A DNA stretch of 64,000 nt, from the NCBI GenBank assembly GCA_020891255.1, contig BQFW01000015.1:1054001-1118000 (forward strand). The letters run 5' to 3'. Origin of the DNA: Entomortierella parvispora E1425 (taxonomy: Eukaryota; Fungi; Mortierellomycota). A model generated the notes under the pieces. That model was not told the DNA's origin, made no database searches, and saw nothing but the letters and a program-made list of their open reading frames with translations. Of the stretch, positions 57,954 to 64,000 are shown piece after piece (the first letter of the stretch is position 1; each line of letters starts with the position of its first letter). The position numbers and the translations under genes are program-made.

Positions 57954-60900
57954 TCAATAAGAGTAAGAATACGTGTCCAGCAGCGACATCATCTCCTCTG
58001 GGATCAGGGGCACAAAGACTCGTTCGGCACCGCCCTCTCGTTCTGCCAGATTTGTGGGGATAGTGAACGGAATCCAGCTCCGACTGTTTCTCGTCTCTGA
58101 AAGAACCTCTGCCTCCCTCTCTTCTTCCTCTCTCTGCAACTGCAGTTGTCTTGCCAGGGTTCTCTCTCCTTCGGCAAACTGACTGGACAAAAGAGGGGAT
58201 CCAGCATCTATCCAACGCCCCGAGTCGTCGTCATCCTCACCCGGTACGTAGCCCTCCATGTCATCGTCAAAGGCCCTATTCATAAACATGTTGCTGATGA
58301 CAAGCTTGGTCACAGGACTGTTGCTCCCACTGTTGGCGCCATTGCTGTTACGTCTGGCAAAAGCATTGGATGATGAACCGTCCGTTTCTGAAGATAATCT
58401 CTGAGCATCGAATTGCTGCTGCTGCCTCTTTTCGTTCGATTGCTGTTTGACTGTTTTTTCCGCGTCGATGGCTGTCTGCCGCACTAGTTGTTTGATCGGA
58501 CTGGGGACCCTGTTCTCATTCACTTCAAATCGATATGAGGTAACAATCCGCCTCAGTTGGATAGGCGTCAACAGATCCAGGTTCTTCACGGTCTCCTCCC
58601 ATGTGTCGATATCGCCCTGCAAAGACAAGACTTGGAGAAGCTGAAGAAGTTGAACCAAGGGCTTGCACTGATCGGAGGCCTCCCGCGATAGATGATTGAA
58701 TCGCACCCAGTCTTCAAGGATTGAAAGGTTCAGTCGAGTCTGGAGTGCCTTTGTCCTTGAAAGAAGCCGTTTGTTGGTGATCATTCGGTTGAAGATCTCA
58801 AAGGAAATGTACCGCAAGAGCTGCGAGATCACATACTGAATCGTGTCTGGGTGAACGTCGTAGTTTTGCATCACAAAGAGCAGGGACGAGAGCATAGTGG
58901 TAATAGTCCTAGGTGAGATTTGTCGTTGCCTTGGAGACTTTGGTCTCTTTGGACCTTGGACTGACGACTGGGAGGAAGATCGTTTGAGAGGTCGTGGATA
59001 AAGCGCTGGAAGAGCAGAGAGTGGGAAACTGGCGCGCTTGTTGCCATTGCTGTTGTTGCTGCCATTGCTGCCATTGCTAGTGTAGTTCTTTGCACCGCCT
59101 CCACGCCAGAAAGCCCAATCCGACTGAAACTTGACCTCGTCTAATCCTGCGATGGTGTCATGGTCTAACATGGCTGGCTCTAGAATCCCTTCAATGCGTC
59201 GTTCAGCGTCCAGCACTAACAACTGCACCATCTCCTCAATCAACCTTTCGATCCTGGCACGATGGAGTTTCGAAGCTCCTGAGAGTCCTGAATCCTTGCG
59301 AAGGAAACACAACAAGGCGCTTGCATTGGATATCCAATAGGCAGCCAATGTCATATCCTCCGGTCGGCTCTGTTAGATGTGGAACCACAACAATATATTA
59401 GCAGTCTAGTCAAAACGACACGCGTGCAGTCAACGTGACGCCAAATTTTGATAGGATCCTCACCCGTGTCACGTCGGATATGGCCCTGGTAGTGGCATCC
59501 AAAAGTTCATCCAGAAGACCAGACGTGCTGTAGTGATGAGCGAACCTAGCCGCCAAGAAGAGAACGTACGCAGGGACAGGCTTATAGGGTCTAACGCGTG
59601 TCGGTTCCATGGTAGTGACGGTGGCATTGATGATGTGAGAGATATCCATGGATGAAAAGACAAACATCTGATCTGGCAGACATCGATCCCAGTCAAAGTC
59701 GCCTTCATCATCCAGCTGTACATGCACGCCGTAGGTAGTTTGAGGAGTCCAAGGTCAAGTTGTAATAGAGTGAAAGAGCGAGAGCACAAAGGGTTGATTA
59801 GTGTCAGTGCAGTTTGGCATGTTTGTCAGTCCTGTTTAATGTCATTCGATGACCCTTTTTCCATTTCCCCTCCACAGATGCAGGGATAAAGAGGGCCTTG
59901 CTTGGAGCAAAGAAGCAAAATGAGGCGTTCCCGTCTCTCTGGCACAAGAGTGTGGTGTGATGTCCCTTCACCATGTTTCTTTGAAAAGTTTTTACCATAC
60001 CTGATCAGCTTTGCGAAGACTCGCCATGGAGACATTAAAGGCGACATGAGCGCCTTCAGACGTGGTTCGAACTCGTTGGTCGTTCGAATGGGCTGGCGTG
60101 CCCTTTGACTCATCGACCCCTGAAAGGCAGAATGGGTCGTTACCCGTTGAATACCCATCAATGGAACTACTGTCCCGCCGACAGGGTTCCTGGAAAATTT
60201 GTACAATCTTGGAATTGTCGTTGGGATCATGGCGCAAGAAATCGACGATAGTGTGCCCCTTGACCGTTTGGGCAGATGTAGACGCTCCCTGCTCCAGGAG
60301 CAGACGGACCATGTTGTCATGTTTGTTGTTGGTTGCCCAGACCAAGGCAGTCCAGCCAACTAGAACGATGTGGGGTCATTGGTCAGGGTCATTGAGCACA
60401 GCGTGAAAAGGGGAGGTCAACAAAGGAAAATTCACGACTGCTCGAGGTCCCTTTCTTGCCCTGGACCATAGCAGTAGCAGGCTGCTAGCGTGGAGCCACA
60501 TCCATGTGAGGAAGGGTCACAAGGACACCCACTCTTTCTCACTTTCTTTCGTTTATCTCGCTCGAATTCCCCTGTTCCTCACAAATTCAAAGGCCAAAAA
60601 ACAACAAGAGAACTGTACTTACACTTATCGCGGGCATCCACAACCGCACCAGCCTCCAGGAGCATTGATGCAATCTCCACATGGCCAAAACATGCTGCAT
60701 AGATCAGCGGACTGGTCCCGTCCTCATCCTGCGCATCAAGATCGATCCAGTCCCGAAAGTGCTCGAGCATGTCCTGCATCCGCACTCGGTCCCCATTCGA
60801 TGCTGCTCTTGAGAAGAGTCGGGCCAGAATCTTTTTCTTTTCTAGATCGGGTAATGATCGTTCCATGATCCCACTGGGATCATCCAGTTGCTGGCGATGG

Positions 60901-61595
60901 AATTCGGACGTCAGTGGTGAACTGGCTGAGGAACCACTGTCGATCACCTCCATAGATTCTACAGAGAAGTGGTTCTTGAGGTCAAAGGTGTCATACTGTG
61001 CTGAGGATGAGAGGGACGACGATGAAGAGCCTGTCAGGTTCGTCGTCAGAATGGACGCGAGTGAATGTCGAGAAGAGATTGCTCGTGGCGAGCTAATATT
61101 GTCGAATGCGTCAGTAGAGCCTTCATCCCGACGACCATAGTTGTTGCTGTGAACATTGTAGAGCTGTGGTTGCTGTTGCTGATGGTGATGTGGTTGCTGC
61201 TGTCCTTGGGCATTGTAGGCAAAGTACGAAGTCATGCCCCAAGGTTCATACAGCGGTGTGGGGGAGTGTGCAGACATGGAGGGGCTGGGCGAAGACATAT
61301 CCATGTCCATGTCTCCGTTCGTGTCCCTGTGGTCCCTGCAGATCGCGGGCTCTGCAAACTCGGTCAAATCTGAGCTGAGCGATTCAGTTCCCGAAAAGCA
61401 GCGGCGGTGGCCATGGCGGTCAGAAAAGTCGTCGTCGTCCGCGGTGGTGACAGAGTCTGTGGAAATATGCGAGAAATGGTGGAGTCGCTTCCTGGTGAAC
61501 GCGTCTTGGCTGCCTTTCGATAGAGCCGCCAAGTCGTCCAGCTGTTTTTTTAAGGTCATGACAGAGTCCTTCGGCGAAGCATTCGTGGCCGCCAT
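57954..61595 (-). CDS. Ankyrin-repeat and DIL (dilute) domain protein
   Basis: 4 exons. Ankyrin repeats (DEDGTSPLIYAACFGHVEIASMLLEAGA, GWTALVWATNNKHDNMVRLLLEQGA), FDWDRCLPDQMFVF, LAAYWISNASALLCFL, and a DIL domain (FNRMITNKRLLSRTKALQTRLNLSILEDWVR...LLTPIQLRRIVTSY). Confidence 0.88.
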
Positions 61596-63245
61596 TGGTG
61601 GCTCGATTCAACTGGAGTCGTGGAATGAACAAATGGAATGGAATGTGAATGGAAAGAAGAAAGTAAGGAATGAGGACAAGATACTGGAGGAAGAAGAGAG
61701 GAGAACAGAGCTGCAGATCAAAGAAAAAATAATAATAATAAAAAAAAGAGTCGAACAAGAAAGGCGTGGATCAAGGTGGAGAGGACTATGAAGGGGACGT
61801 CGAATTGTGGAAGGGAGGAAGGGAGTAGAGGACTGTTTACTTTGGGTCTTAGACGGTGCTGGACACCATGTGGCGTGGGATGTGGGGAGAGGTAGCTAGT
61901 TGAATGCGATGCAATCGAGGCTGAGAGTGGAGTAGGGGATAAAGGAGCTGCAAGGGGTTTGATTGGAGAAAGAGAGGAAAGGGGAAGGCTGTCAATGACC
62001 ACGAGAAGCTGCGTGATAACGACGGCGATAGGGATGCTGCAAAAGACGGGTCTTTCACGTTCATCACTCACCTACTCTGCAGTTCACCCGCCAAAGTGCA
62101 GTCGGTTGGCGTGAACGTTGATAATGGAGGACTGGAAGGGGCAGACTAGAGGGGTCGGGCTGTACTCCTGTTTCTGGGGTGGTTTTGACACGGGGGAAAG
62201 ACTGCGTGATAAAGAAGTTGGGAGAAAGCGAGAGGATCGGGGTGGAAGTGAAAGGGATTATCCCGAAGAAGAGATAAAAGAAGGAATACGAAAAAACGCG
62301 GTCAGAAACGTGGAATGGATGAGGACAACCGCAAAAAGGGAACGTTGAACTGGAAGGAAGGGTGCCTGTGGCTCAAGGCATGGCAAGATGGTGAACATCC
62401 TCATGGCCTTCAACCGTTGCCTGGAAAGAGCTATATCCTGCTCGTTCAAGGAGATAACCAGACCACACACGGGGTAGTCTTGCGAAATGAGTGATGTAGA
62501 GATCATGAGTGGCCTTCAGGACTCTGGACAGAGACGTGGTAAGTTCATGTCGATGCATTGTCAACAGCACCGTCGTCCTGATCAATGTAGAGTCTGATCG
62601 CTAGACTGGGACTTCGTCCCAGTAGCTATCTCCGCCTCTGCTCAGGCGGCAATTGAAGCTCATGTGCGTTGGTTATGAGAAAATAGGAGATGGCTAGTCG
62701 TTGCACGGAGGCGGGGTACATACATATGAAGGGAGCAGGCTAGGAGGAGAACCACAGCGACCTTGGCTTTCTTCGGCAGTGCGCTTTGACATCTAGGCAA
62801 GGGCGGCACAAATGGGGGCTCTGGAGTGACAATCTATCGAGCGGTCAATGGAGGAGGAGGGGATCCTGGCAGTAGGCAAGATGGCGGTTGCTAACGATCA
62901 CCGTCGGTTGGTCCGCGCCCCGCGAGGACATGCAGCTGTGTGTCTTCACTGCGGTTAGGATGTGTGTGTGGCAAGGAAAGACATGCTTGTTTGTTGCTGA
63001 CCCTCACATCCACACCCACGCCAGCTTCCACACTGCACTGCAATTCTTGCGGGTCTCTGCCCCCTTTCACGTCCCGCACGCGCCCGCTGAATCCCGTGAC
63101 CAAGACCCATCTCATTCCCGAGACGCGCGATCAGCATGGCTTCTTTCATTCTTCATTACTTACATTCACCTAACCCTCAATCCAACGCATACACCCCTGC
63201 TAACGTTTCCTTCCGCCACTTTCAGTTGTTTACCCCTGTTTAATA

Positions 63246-64000
63246 ATGTCGACTGCTGCCACCGTGCCTCGCATGCGCCTGCTTCAGCAGTCCATGCGCA
63301 ACACAATGCTACGCTCCGCAACCGCCAGGGTACCAGTGCGCCACCACCACCGCCTCAGGGAAGCTGTCGTCGTTGCAGCGGCCGTTCCACAAACAGCCGT
63401 AGGTGGCTTTGCTCTTGACCAGACAATTATCCGTGCTGAACAGCAGAAGAACATAGCGTTAATTGTTTTTTTCCTCCATTCTTTCTTCTTTTTCTGGCGC
63501 CTGTTGTAGAGTCGTTGGCGCCCTTGGCTTATGGCCTCGGTAGCCACGGTGGGTGCACTCTCCTGGCAACTCGGACATTCGCTGGTCGAGGCTGAAGCGT
63601 CTGCTCAGCCCAACAGCATCATTGGTATGTCACTTTTCTTTCAGAAAATGAACCTGCCGATCCAAGAACTTTGTGATCGCCTAGAAATTTCATCATTCCC
63701 TTGACACTTTGTGATTACCCTCGAAGAACATTATTTTTCTTTAATCTGCCAGAAACCCAGGGTTGTGTACTTTGGTGTGACCTCATTGAACGACCCATTA
63801 ACTCTAGGTTCTCTCTGGTAATGTAGACGAGGACTCCAAGGCCGTTTTCCCATTAACCATCAAGTCTGAAGATGGATCTCCAGCAAGACTTTTGGGATTG
63901 GGTGTTCGCAAAATCACGTTTTTGAAGGTCCAGGTTTATGTTGTGGGTCTCTATGCCAAAGCCTCGGACCTGGATGACCATAACTCACGCTTCCGGGCCT
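63246..64000 (+). CDS. Mitochondrial chalcone-isomerase-fold protein (Aim18/Aim46-like), 3' end outside window
   Basis: Presequence-like exon 1, exon 2 with a hydrophobic stretch, and exon 3 DEDSKAVFPLTI...RLLGLGVRKITFLKVQVYVVGLY, a hallmark of the CHI-fold Aim18/46 family. Confidence 0.82.

Noticed and set aside
61800-62900. Short ORFs in the divergent spacer between the DIL gene and the AIM18-like gene
   Set aside because: No recognisable protein features. Treated as promoter/UTR sequence.
1-64000. tRNA, rRNA, CRISPR arrays, transposase/RT ORFs
   Set aside because: No cloverleaf with a T-loop, no rRNA-like sequence, no repeat-spacer arrays and no mobile-element domains were seen by eye. 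Poly-A/T runs are ordinary intronic or intergenic homopolymers.

Overview
This is a gene-dense, intron-rich fungal genomic window. The intron style, codon bias and gene set suggest an early-diverging fungus, most likely Mortierellaceae/Mucoromycota (inference). I reconstructed about 24 protein-coding genes by hand from splice signals. Recognisable genes are RPL27, OPI1, a nucleolar FKBP (FPR3/4), NAP1, an RRM/zinc-knuckle SR protein, a secreted lipase, a type-B carboxylesterase, a METTL24-like methyltransferase, BRE1, a Cdc11-type septin, PTPA, TAD2, mitochondrial MetRS, Rieske RIP1, RNASEK/V-ATPase subunit f, a TFG-like PB1 protein, MED19, a degenerate mitochondrial-carrier protein, CDO1, an ankyrin+DIL protein and an AIM18/46-like protein (truncated by the window end). 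There is also an intronless six-repeat Myb/SANT protein, a decayed pseudogene paralog of it, and two intronless proteins of unknown family. No tRNA, rRNA, CRISPR array or recognisable transposon was found. The most unusual signals are: (1) an intronless 752-aa protein with five copies of a 33-aa C-x10-C-x6-C-x2-H module that I cannot assign to a known family, plus five SAPI motifs; (2) an RPL27 intron that can only restore the conserved protein if its ends are AT...AC, yet lacks U12 consensus signals; (3) a Myb-repeat protein with a mitochondrial-presequence-like N-terminus, squeezed 59 bp upstream of TAD2, with a pseudogenised paralog 19 kb away; (4) a TFG-like gene and an actinobacterial-type lipase. 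All family assignments are from recalled motifs; no searches were run.
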